Source: an uncultured Spirochaetota bacterium
GTDB taxonomy: Bacteria > Spirochaetota > Spirochaetia > SZUA-6 > CAVTHK01
Length of the DNA stretch: 64,000 nucleotides
Direction: 5' to 3'
NCBI GenBank assembly: GCA_963734495.1
Contig: CAVTHK010000005.1
Coordinates: 96,001 to 160,000 of the forward strand
The first letter of the stretch is position 1. Each line of letters begins with the position of its first letter. Below the pieces are notes generated by a model that worked only from the letters and a program-made list of their open reading frames with translations, ran no database searches and was not told the origin of the DNA. Below, piece by piece: positions 10,025 to 18,620 of this stretch. Made by a program: the position numbers and the translations under genes.

Positions 10025-11323
10025 GTGAGAAGATCAGCCTTCATCGTTCTTCTCGTCCTGTCGGCCGGCTTGCTGTTTGCCACCGGCGGTCAGGAGTCGT
10101 CGTCAAAGGGGGCCACGATCACCTTCTGGATGCAGAACTACGGCGCGGACCTGAACCAGCAGAAGCAGGCGATCGGCGACCTGGCGGCGAAGTTCGAAAA
10201 GGAGACCGGCATCAAGGTCCAGCTCGAGGTCAACAACTGGACCGAGGCCTCTCAGAAGTGGATGCTCGTCGTCACCGGCGGCGACCATCCGGACGTGGGC
10301 GACATGTTCTGGGCCTGGTCGAACGTCCGTATCGGCAAGGGCAAGTACGGCCCGATGCCGCTGGACAAGTACAAGGACCAGCTCCACCACGAGCGCTTCT
10401 ACGAGAAGGCGCTTGCCGACGTCATCTACGACGGCCACGTCTACGGGATTCCGTGGCGGATCGACGTGCGGCCGATGCTCTACAGAGCCGACCTGGTGGC
10501 CGAAGCCGGGTTCAAGGGCCCGCCGGACACCTGGAACGACCTCGTGACCTACGGTAAGAAGCTGACGGTCAAGGCCGCCGACGGCAAGATGGAGCGGGCT
10601 GGCATCGGCTTCCACTACGGAGTCAAGAGCGACAGCCAGGACTTCCTGCACTGGATATGGCAGGGCGGCGGCGAGGCCACGACGATGGACGGCAAGTCCG
10701 CGACGCTCAACACCAAGGAGGTCATCGACGCGATGCAGTTCGTCCGTGATCTCGTCTACAAGCACGAGGTCGTGGGCAAGGACGTGCTCGATCCTTCGTA
10801 CGACGGGATGCAGCTCTTTATCGCGGGCAAGAACGCCATCCAGCCGCATGGGACGAGCGCCACAAACGTTTTTCCCAAGGAGATGCTCGCCAAGGTCAAG
10901 CCGGCCATTCCGACCATGGGCGTCAGGCGCACATCGTACAGCGGCGCCGGTTTCTTCGGCGTCATGTACGGGACCAAGTACGAGAAAGAGAGCGTGAAGT
11001 GGCTGGACTTCCTGAGCAGGGATGAGAGCATGCTCGCCCTCGCCCAGTTGACCCAGACGTACTCACCGTCCAAAGGCGCAAGCGCCGACAAGTACTTTGC
11101 CGGCGACGACTGGAAGCGCGAGACCATCAAGTGCCTGGACTACGCGCATACCTCCCAGAATCCGAGCACTGCCTGGAGCCAGATCGCGGGCCGCGGCCCC
11201 GGAAGCCCCCTGTACGACTTCTGGGCGGACGTCCTGCTGAACAAGGAGCCGATCCCCGCCCTCGCGGCCAAGTACAACGCGAAGGCGCAGGAGATGATGG
11301 ACAAGGCCAACGCACCCAAGTAG
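10025..11323 (+). CDS. Sugar ABC transporter substrate-binding protein
   Basis: GGAGG RBS then GTG; signal peptide ...LLFATGGQE; YGIPW, PPDTWNDL motifs. Confidence 0.9.
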   Translation: MRRSAFIVLLVLSAGLLFATGGQESSSKGATITFWMQNYGADLNQQKQAIGDLAAKFEKETGIKVQLEVNNWTEASQKWMLVVTGGDHPDVGDMFWAWSNVRIGKGKYGPMPLDKYKDQLHHERFYEKALADVIYDGHVYGIPWRIDVRPMLYRADLVAEAGFKGPPDTWNDLVTYGKKLTVKAADGKMERAGIGFHYGVKSDSQDFLHWIWQGGGEATTMDGKSATLNTKEVIDAMQFVRDLVYKHEVVGKDVLDPSYDGMQLFIAGKNAIQPHGTSATNVFPKEMLAKVKPAIPTMGVRRTSYSGAGFFGVMYGTKYEKESVKWLDFLSRDESMLALAQLTQTYSPSKGASADKYFAGDDWKRETIKCLDYAHTSQNPSTAWSQIAGRGPGSPLYDFWADVLLNKEPIPALAAKYNAKAQEMMDKANAPK

Positions 11324-11369
11324 GCGGCGCGGGCCGCGTGCACTTCGACTGTTCAGAGGGGGACGCAGC

Positions 11370-12282
11370 ATGAAGGCGAGGACAAAGGACAAGCTCTTCC
11401 CTTACCTCATGCTGCTTCCCTCGATGTTCGGCCTGGCCGTGCTGATCCTCTACCCGGTGGTCCGAGGGCTCCTCCTCAGCCTCTACGAGTATACGCTCCT
11501 TTACCCGAGCTACCCTTTCATCGGCCTCGGCAACTACAAGGAGCTCTTCACAAAGGACGACATCTTCTGGGGCACCCTGGGCAACACGGTCTGGTACACG
11601 ATCGGCAACGGCGTGGGCAGCACGATCATCGCGGTCTGGGTCGCCCTGGTGCTCAACAGGGCCGGAAAGGTCCAGGCCGTTCTGCGCGGCTTCACCCTGC
11701 TGCCCTGGCTGGTGCCGTCGGTCGTCATTTCGACCATGTGGCTGTGGATGTACAGCCCGGACTTCAGCCCGATCAATGACCTCCTGCTCAAGGCCGGGAT
11801 CATCAAGGAGCAGATACGCTTTCTCGGCAACGTCGACTTCCGCGTCGGGCCGATCACGCTGCCCGTTCCTGTCGATCCTCGTCGTCCGCATGTGGTTCTC
11901 GTTCTCCTACAAGGCGGTCATCATCCTCGCGGCTCTGGTGAACATCCCGCGTGAGCGCTACGAGGCCGCGGACATCGACGGAGCGGGCGCGTGGGCCCAG
12001 TTCGTGCACGTGAGCCTGCCCGGCATCTATCCGCAGCTCATGATCGTGCTCACCCTGACCCTGATCGGCAACTTCGGCTACTTCGACATCAACTACCTCA
12101 TGACCAGGGGCGGGCCTGCCAACTACACCAACGTGATGGCCGTGCAGATGTACCTCATGGCTTTCCAGCAGTTCCGCCTGGGGTACGCGGCCGCGATGGG
12201 CATCGTGATGCTCCTTTTCACCTCGGTGATCGCCATCGCCTACGTGATCTTCGTGGTCAAGCGCGACCTGGAGGCGGCCTGA
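11370..12282 (+). CDS. Sugar ABC transporter permease (MalF-like), frameshift near 11863
   Basis: FIGLGNY, LLPWLVP; in the shifted frame the EAA loop YEAADIDGA and MTRGGP. Confidence 0.85.
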
Positions 12283-13136
12283 TGGCAGGGATGCAACGCG
12301 ACCCGCTGCCCCTGCGGATCTTGACGTGGTTTCTCGTCGCTCTCCTCGTGGTCTGGGTCGGGTTTCCCTTCTACTGGCTCTTCCTCAGCAGCATCAAGAC
12401 GCCGCTGGAACTGAGCCTGGCGCCTCCCACCTACTGGCCAAAGCAGCCGGTGTTCAAGAACTACGTGGACATCTGGACCGAAGTCACGTTCCTGCAGGCT
12501 CTTTACAATTCGTTCTTCATCACCGCGATGACCGTGTTCGTGTCCCTTGCCCTGACCACGACCACGGGCTACGCTTTGAGCCGCTTCGATTTCAAGGGCA
12601 AGGATTTCTTTGTCGGCGTGCTGCTGTTCGTGCAGCTCGTGCCGCTGGCCATCTACCTGATCCCGCTCTACTTCGTGCTGCTGAGCCTGCACCTGATCAA
12701 CAAGTACCTGGGCCTGATCATCTGCTATGGGACGATCGGCATTCCATTCATGGCGCTGATCATGCGCAGCTACTTCAAGAACGCCTACCCTGCTGAGCTC
12801 GAGGAGGCCGCCATTATCGACGGCTGCTCGCGCTTCGGGACGTTCCTGCGGATCGGCCTGCCGCTCACGCGGACCGGCATGATCGCGGTGGGGACGATGA
12901 CCGCGATCAACACCTGGAAAGAGTTCCTGTTTGCGAGCATCATCATCAACAAGGGGCGGATGCGGCCCGTCGCGGTCGTCATCTTCGACCTGGTCGGCGA
13001 AATGGGCCTCGCCTTTACGCGGATGGGGCTGTTCATGTCCGCTTGCGTGCTGGTCATGGTGCCGCTGATCGTGGCGTTCCTGTTCGTGCAGCGCCTCATC
13101 GTCGAGGGGCTCACGGCGGGGGCGGTCAAGAGCTAG
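12282..13136 (+). CDS. Carbohydrate ABC transporter permease (MalG-like)
   Basis: ELEEAAIIDGCS EAA loop; C-terminus GLTAGAVKS. Confidence 0.9.
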   Translation: MAGMQRDPLPLRILTWFLVALLVVWVGFPFYWLFLSSIKTPLELSLAPPTYWPKQPVFKNYVDIWTEVTFLQALYNSFFITAMTVFVSLALTTTTGYALSRFDFKGKDFFVGVLLFVQLVPLAIYLIPLYFVLLSLHLINKYLGLIICYGTIGIPFMALIMRSYFKNAYPAELEEAAIIDGCSRFGTFLRIGLPLTRTGMIAVGTMTAINTWKEFLFASIIINKGRMRPVAVVIFDLVGEMGLAFTRMGLFMSACVLVMVPLIVAFLFVQRLIVEGLTAGAVKS

Positions 13137-13187
13137 GGCCAGGGATGGCCCTGCCCTCGCCCGTACAGGGACGTACCAGGGCGGGGC
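13134..13187 (+). ncRNA. Structured 3'-UTR element with two CANGGANG (CsrA/RsmA-type) hairpins, copy 1
   Basis: AGGGCCA-GGGA-TGGCCCT, then outer stem GCCC(T)CGCCC/GGGCGGGGC enclosing GTAC-AGGGAC-GTAC; same topology as 39295-39350. Confidence 0.5.
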
Positions 13188-13230
13188 TGAGCCGAGCGCG
13201 GCGCGGCTCGCCGCGGGGAACCTTCAACCT

Positions 13231-13965
13231 TTGGTCATCGAGATCGACAGCGTCAGCAAGAGCTTCGGATCCTTCAAGGCCGTCGACGGCGTGAGCCTCT
13301 CCGTGGAACAGGGAGAGTTCTTCGGCCTGCTGGGTCCCAACGGGGCGGGCAAGTCCACGCTGATCCAGATGATGCTGGGGCTGCTGTCGCCCGACGCCGC
13401 GGGGGCGATCCGCCTCTTCGGCGAGCAGGTCACGCCCGGCAGCGCGCGGGCCCTCCGCAGCCGCGTCGGCGTCGTGGGCGAGGCGCCGCAGCTCCGCGAC
13501 GACCGCACCGCGGCGGAGTACCTCGTGTTCTTCGGCCGCCTCTACGGGCTCGCGGACGCCGCCGCCCGCGCGCTGGCCCGTCTCGCGGACGTCGGGCTCG
13601 CGGAGGCCGCGCACAAGCGCATCCGCACCTTTTCGCACGGCATGAAGCAGCGTCTCTCGCTGGCGCGCGCGCTCCTGCACGACCCGGAGCTGCTCATCCT
13701 CGACGAGCCGACGAGCGGGCTCGACCCGCGCGGCGTGCACGAGGTCCGTGAGCTGCTGCAGGCGCGCCGCGGCGGAGGGACCGCCGTGTTCCTCTGCTCG
13801 CACCTGCTGTCCGAGGTCGAGAAGAGCTGCGCCCGCGTGGCCATCATCCAGCGCGGCCGCATCCGCGCCCTGGGAAGGACCGAAGAGGTCGCCCAGGGTG
13901 ACCTGGAGGCGAGCTTTCTGCGCCTGACCTCCGAAGAGCCCGGCGGATCGCCGGAGGAGGCGTGA
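13231..13965 (+). CDS. ABC transporter ATP-binding protein (ABC-2 type)
   Basis: GPNGAGKST, FSHGMKQR, LILDEPTSGLD, CSH. Confidence 0.9.
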   Translation: MVIEIDSVSKSFGSFKAVDGVSLSVEQGEFFGLLGPNGAGKSTLIQMMLGLLSPDAAGAIRLFGEQVTPGSARALRSRVGVVGEAPQLRDDRTAAEYLVFFGRLYGLADAAARALARLADVGLAEAAHKRIRTFSHGMKQRLSLARALLHDPELLILDEPTSGLDPRGVHEVRELLQARRGGGTAVFLCSHLLSEVEKSCARVAIIQRGRIRALGRTEEVAQGDLEASFLRLTSEEPGGSPEEA

Positions 13966-14786
13966 TGACTCCCGGCGCGGCGAGGGTCTACCGGGTGCTG
14001 GCCGGGCGGCGCGTGCGGGAGCTCTGCCTCGGCACGCCTTTCGTCCTGCTGCTCGCCGCCCAGCAAGCGGTCCTCTACTTTCTGCAGAGGAACGCCCTCG
14101 CGTCGCTGGACAACAACGGGCTCATGGTCGCCCTGCACCCCGCCGAGTACGGCCTCCTCGCCGCGGTCGTCCTGCTGGCGGTCTTCGCGGTCGTGTACGC
14201 CGCGCTCGGACCGGCGAGAGAGCGCGAGAGCGGCGCGCTCGAGACGCTCTTCTACGGCCCCGTGTCGCCGGCCGCTTACGTCCTGGCGGAGATGACCGCG
14301 ATCGCGGCTGCCGCGCTCGTCGCGCTGGGGTTCCTGCTCCTCGCGCTGCTCATCGGCCAGGCGGCGACCGCCTACGACGTGCCGCTCTCGCTGCTCGCGC
14401 TGCTGCCGCTGTGCCTCCTCTGCGTCTTCGCCGTGAGCGCCGCGGGCGTGTGCGCAGCCCTCTTCTTCCGGCAGGAGCGCGCTGCGACCATCGTTGCGGT
14501 GGCGCTGCTCCTCTGCTCCCTCGCCGCGTTCGCCGGCGACTTGATACTGTCCAAGGTCGAGTGGGGGGCCTCCTTCTTCATCGTGTTCCTGCGCTCGCTC
14601 CTGTCCGGGTTCAACTCCGTCTTCCGATTCGTGTTTCCGGTCGGGCTCTTCCTCGACGACCTCGTGCGCTACGAGAGCTATGGCGCGGTCCCGGCGGCGC
14701 ACCTGGCCTGGTATGCGCTCTACGGCGCCGCGTTCATCGCGGGCGCCGTTGCGGCGCTGCGGCAAAGGGGGGTGTCGGTCCGATGA
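13962..14786 (+). CDS. ABC-2 type transporter permease
   Basis: Multiple TM segments; ARERESGALETLFYGP motif. Confidence 0.8.
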   Translation: MMTPGAARVYRVLAGRRVRELCLGTPFVLLLAAQQAVLYFLQRNALASLDNNGLMVALHPAEYGLLAAVVLLAVFAVVYAALGPARERESGALETLFYGPVSPAAYVLAEMTAIAAAALVALGFLLLALLIGQAATAYDVPLSLLALLPLCLLCVFAVSAAGVCAALFFRQERAATIVAVALLLCSLAAFAGDLILSKVEWGASFFIVFLRSLLSGFNSVFRFVFPVGLFLDDLVRYESYGAVPAAHLAWYALYGAAFIAGAVAALRQRGVSVR

Positions 14787-15961
14787 GAAAGCCGGCGCTC
14801 ATGGCCCTGGCGCTCGCGTGCGCGGTGACGGCCCCGGCCCAGCAGGCGACGCCGCGCGCGTCGACCCAGATCGTGTTCGGCGTCGCGCCGTTCGACGGCG
14901 GACACTACCTGTCCGGCTTCGTGCCGGAGCAGCGGCACACGATGTACCTCACCGCCGACGCCGACAACGCCATCACCGTCAACATGACGGACGTGTACTA
15001 CTGGCCGATCACCGCGGAGTACCGGGCGGATTTCGAAGGCGCCAACATGCCGCTCCCGGGAGAGCTCAGGGTCTACCGGGGCCGGGAGCTGCTCTCGACG
15101 CTGCTGCCGAGCGAGTACATCTACGTCTACCCGCTCGGCCTCGAGGGCGAGGCCTCCCGCCTCGCGTTCGCCGACGAGATGAAGCGCATCATCGAGACCC
15201 GCGCGAAGGCGGTGGTGGACTACGGCGCCGGAAAGACCAAGGAGCCGCCGCGCGCCGCCTACCAGGGGCCATTCAGGGGATTCGTGCTGCGCCTGCCCCG
15301 GGGCCGCTACCGCCTGGAATACCACGTCGAAAACCAGGGCCGCTCGTTCTCGCTCGCCAAGTCGCTCGTGGTGTTCCCCGCGCTGCGGCGCGGCGTCCGC
15401 TACGAGATCATCCCGGCGGAGAAATGGACCGTCTCGTCGGACAGCGACTCGCCGCGCGCCCACCTCTACCTCAAGCCGGGCGAGGTGGTCTTTCTCAAGA
15501 CCTTCCCCACCCTCCTCTACAACGCGGCCCTGTATGACCTGATGGCTTCGCCTAACAGGCCGACGGCGGGGCTCGGTCTCGCGAGCTCCGCGCTGTGGGT
15601 CCGGACCGAGGAGTCGCTGGAGGAGAAGCCGGGAGCCTCCCTCGGGCTGCAAGCCGCCGGCCGCAGTGCCGCGATCCAGCCCCGCGACTACCTGGTGCGC
15701 CAGATCCCCGGCTCGGCTCTCGGCTACGACATCGTCGAGCACACGCCCGAGGCGTTTCCCGGCGTGCGCCCGAGCTTCCGCGCCTACCGGATCACGGCGC
15801 CGCCTCCCGGCTACGACGTGCGCCTCGCCCTGGCGGGGCAGGCGGATTCCGGCCGCGTCCTGCGCGCAGTCGATCCGCGCGGCGGCGGCTGGACAGCGCT
15901 CGCCCTGCTGCTGCCGCTCTTGCCGCTGGGCGTGAGGGTCGTGCTCAGGCGCCGGCTCTAG
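14783..15961 (+). CDS. Hypothetical exported protein with C-terminal membrane anchor
   Basis: ATGA overlap with the permease stop; signal peptide MRKPALMALALACAVTAPA; C-terminal hydrophobic helix followed by RRRL. Confidence 0.7.
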   Translation: MRKPALMALALACAVTAPAQQATPRASTQIVFGVAPFDGGHYLSGFVPEQRHTMYLTADADNAITVNMTDVYYWPITAEYRADFEGANMPLPGELRVYRGRELLSTLLPSEYIYVYPLGLEGEASRLAFADEMKRIIETRAKAVVDYGAGKTKEPPRAAYQGPFRGFVLRLPRGRYRLEYHVENQGRSFSLAKSLVVFPALRRGVRYEIIPAEKWTVSSDSDSPRAHLYLKPGEVVFLKTFPTLLYNAALYDLMASPNRPTAGLGLASSALWVRTEESLEEKPGASLGLQAAGRSAAIQPRDYLVRQIPGSALGYDIVEHTPEAFPGVRPSFRAYRITAPPPGYDVRLALAGQADSGRVLRAVDPRGGGWTALALLLPLLPLGVRVVLRRRL

Positions 15962-15963
15962 GG

Positions 15964-16039
15964 GCCTGTCGGACTTGCGGCTGACCGCCGTTCCCGCCGC
16001 TTCCGCGGGTCTGGGCACGGCGGACCGTGCCCGATCTAG
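15964..16039 (-). repeat. 76-bp dispersed structured repeat, copy 1
   Basis: Reverse complement matches 33817-33892 at 73/76 positions. Confidence 0.9.
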
Positions 16040-16521
16040 GCGCCCGCGAGGCGGGCGCAGTCTGCCGCGGCGCGCGCCCCGCAGAGGTCGGCGCAGCCGA
16101 GCGCCGGAACGTGCTTCCGCCGGGCGCTGCGCTTGTAGTGGTCGACGAAGCGGACGAGCCTGCAGAGGACCGCCGGCGGCAGGTGATGCTCGATCTTCTC
16201 CGCGACCTCGCGCGCCTGGCTCCCGGCCACCCCGAGCACGCTCGAGAGGAAGTCCTCCGTCGCGCGCCGGCGCAGGACGAGATCCTCCCCCGCGCGGCGG
16301 CCCCGCGCCGTCAGCGTGATCGCGCCGTAGCGCTCGTAGACCACCAGGCCCTTAGCCGCGAGCACGCGCATGACGAGCGTGACCGACGGCGCCTTGACGC
16401 CGAGCGCCCGCGTGATGTCCCGCACCCTCGCGAAGCGGCGCTCGGCCTCCAGCAGGTAGGCGGCCTCCAGGTAGGACTCCTGCGTGTCGGTGAGCCCTTC
16501 GACGACGCTCATCGCGCTCAC
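16036..16521 (-). CDS. DtxR/MntR family metal-dependent transcriptional regulator
   Basis: ESYLEAAY, ARVRDITRALGVKAPSVT, YERYGAITLTARG, AEKIEHHL. Confidence 0.85.
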   Translation of the reverse strand: MSAMSVVEGLTDTQESYLEAAYLLEAERRFARVRDITRALGVKAPSVTLVMRVLAAKGLVVYERYGAITLTARGRRAGEDLVLRRRATEDFLSSVLGVAGSQAREVAEKIEHHLPPAVLCRLVRFVDHYKRSARRKHVPALGCADLCGARAAADCARLAGA

Positions 16522-18025
16522 GCCCCGTTCGACGCCGGGGCGTTCCGGGCCGCCCTGCGATGCCGCAGCTCCGTGAGCAGCAGCTCAGCGAGCACGAGCA
16601 GGGCGACGAGGGCCTGCGGCACGAACGTCTCCCAGCTCGAGTACATCCCCAGCGGCGGAAGCGCGGGCAGGTCGCGCCTCGCGTGGACCGAAACGAAGCC
16701 GGCCATCTGCAGCGCGTGTATGCTCTGGCCCAGGATCTTGAAGGCGAGATAGTAAATGAGAAGGGTGGCGCCCAGGAACAGCTGCCGCAGCGGGAGGCGG
16801 ACACTGTAGCGCAAGAGGACGTAGCCCAGCCCCGCCAGCGGAAGGAGAGCTCCCAGGATTCCGAGCGCCATCTGCCCCGGGGCGATCGAAGGCGCGATCC
16901 CGATGTAGAAGACGACGGTCTCGGCTCCCTCGCGGGCGATCGCGAGGAACGCGATGGACGCGAGCGACCAGGTGCCGCCCGCGGCGAGAGCCCCGCCCGC
17001 CTTCTCCTTGATAAAGGCGTTCCACGCCTGGATGCTCGACTTGCCGTGCAGCCATGCTCCCACGGTGAGCATGAGGATCACCGCTGCCAGGCCGACCAGG
17101 CCCTCGATGGCCTCGCGCGCCGAGCCCGCGGCCGCGAGGGCCGTCGCCAGGCTCAGGGCGATTCCGAGCGCGGCGCTCGCGGCCACTCCCGCCCCGGCGC
17201 CCGCCCACACCCACGACTGCTTGTCGGCGTGCCCGGTCCTGCGCAGGAGGACGAGCAGCGACGCGATGGCGAGCATGGCCTCGAGCCCTTCGCGCAGCAG
17301 GATGAGCGCGGCGTCCCAGGCCGTGTAGCGCGCCTCCTCGGTGAGCGGCTCGAGCAGGCCGACGATACGCGCCGAGAGGTCCGCGGCGCGACGCGCGTCG
17401 GGAGCCGGGGAAAGCAGGACGGATGAGATCCCACCCAGAGCGTCTTCGATCTCCTCGTATGCCCGCGGCGAGCGAGCCTTGACCTCGCCTTCGGCCGCGG
17501 TCCACGCGCTCTCGAGCCGGCGCAGGATTGCCGCGCCCCCCGCGAGATCTCCCGCCTCGAAGGAACGTTGCGCGTCCCCGGCAACCTCGAGGAGGCCGGG
17601 CAGAGAGACGCGCTCGGCCTCCCTCGCCGGCGCTCCCTTCGGGGAGCTTTCGAACGCCAAGGCGAGGTCGGCGAGCGATCGGCGAGCCCGCTCCGCGTCG
17701 GGCGGCTCCGCCTGCAGCGCGGCCCGGGCGGCCGCGACCCCGTCTTCGATCTTCTCGTAGGCCTGCGGGTTCACCGCGCGAACCGAGTCCTCGATCGAAG
17801 GCCAGGCTGCGGCAAAGGACTGCAGCTCCTCACGGGCCGCCGCCCACCGGGCGCCCGAAGCCGCGTCGAGCGCGCGCTCGAGGGACGCGCCCGCCTGCGG
17901 CGGCGGGCCGGCCGGGCGCGCGCAGCCGTCGAACAGCAGGGCGCACAGCAGCGCGCAGGCCGCGGCACCGCATCGGGTGCCGGCGAATGCCGCCAGGAAA
18001 GCGGCAGGTGTCGCGTGCTCGTCAC
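16518..18025 (-). CDS. FTR1 family iron permease with N-terminal extracytoplasmic domain (start uncertain)
   Basis: Two REGxE motifs (LLREGLEA, AREGAET). The SD-preceded GTG at 18025 is out of frame with the body, suggesting an indel near the start. Confidence 0.8.
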
Positions 18026-18163
18026 AGGACGTGCTCCTCCCGGCAAAAACGGAACATCCTGCCGGGGCGCGCGCGGCCGGCAGACCGATCAGCGGCCGGC
18101 CGCGACCCGGGGACGCGCCGCCGGGGGGCGCGGCCACCGGGCGCCGCCCAGCATGGACCGAGC

Positions 18164-18214
18164 TAAGATGACTTATTCAGTAATCTTTTGTCAAGAAGTT
18201 AGGCCGGCGTAACT
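18164..18214 (-). promoter_or_regulatory. Promoter (-35 TTGACA at 18194-18189) flanked by palindromic DtxR/SirR-type operator candidates
   Basis: AGTTAGGCCGGCGTAACT (18197-18214, near-perfect palindrome) and TAAG-ATGA-CTTA (18164-18175) in an AT-rich patch upstream of FTR1-dtxR. Confidence 0.55.
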
Positions 18215-18228
18215 CTTTTCGGTCGCCC

Positions 18229-18594
18229 TTAGTCCGGCGTCCGCCTGCCGGTCGATCCGGGGCGCCGCCTCTGCGCACCATCAGCACGCCGCGCGGGCTT
18301 CCACTGGAAGCGCTCGAGGTCGACCTTCTCGTCGCGGAACGCGACACGCTCGGCTTCGAGCAGGGCGCGCTGCAGCTCGTACCCTCCTCCCTGCGGCAGG
18401 GAGACGCGGCCCGACGCGCCGATCACCCTGTGCCACGGCAGCTGCCGCTTCCGCGACGAGGAGTGCAGCAGCCAGGCCACGCGCCTGGCCGCGCCGGGGG
18501 CGCCGGCCAGCGTCGCGATCTGACCGTAGGTGGCGACCCGCCCGCGAGGGATCGCGCGGATCGCCTCGACGATCCGCCCGCTCAGCTCCTCCAG
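18229..18594 (-). CDS. atl: Alkyltransferase-like protein (ATL/YbaZ, MGMT family); start uncertain
   Basis: IPRGRVATYGQIA, ARRVAW, PWHRV (Trp in place of the catalytic Cys). Confidence 0.85.
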   Translation of the reverse strand: MEELSGRIVEAIRAIPRGRVATYGQIATLAGAPGAARRVAWLLHSSSRKRQLPWHRVIGASGRVSLPQGGGYELQRALLEAERVAFRDEKVDLERFQWKPARRADGAQRRRPGSTGRRTPD

Positions 18595-18620
18595 GTGTCC
18601 CGACGGTCCGGGCGGCCGCC

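Noticed and set aside
12285-12294. CAGGGATG at the start of the second permease as a third GGA element
   Set aside because: Only a 3-bp stem inside coding sequence, without the twin-hairpin architecture; could be chance
10025-13136. Visibly lower GC of the sugar ABC genes as a horizontally acquired island
   Set aside because: Similar composition is seen in gnd, pfp and uxaC, consistent with amino-acid and expression bias; no integrase, tRNA or flanking repeats
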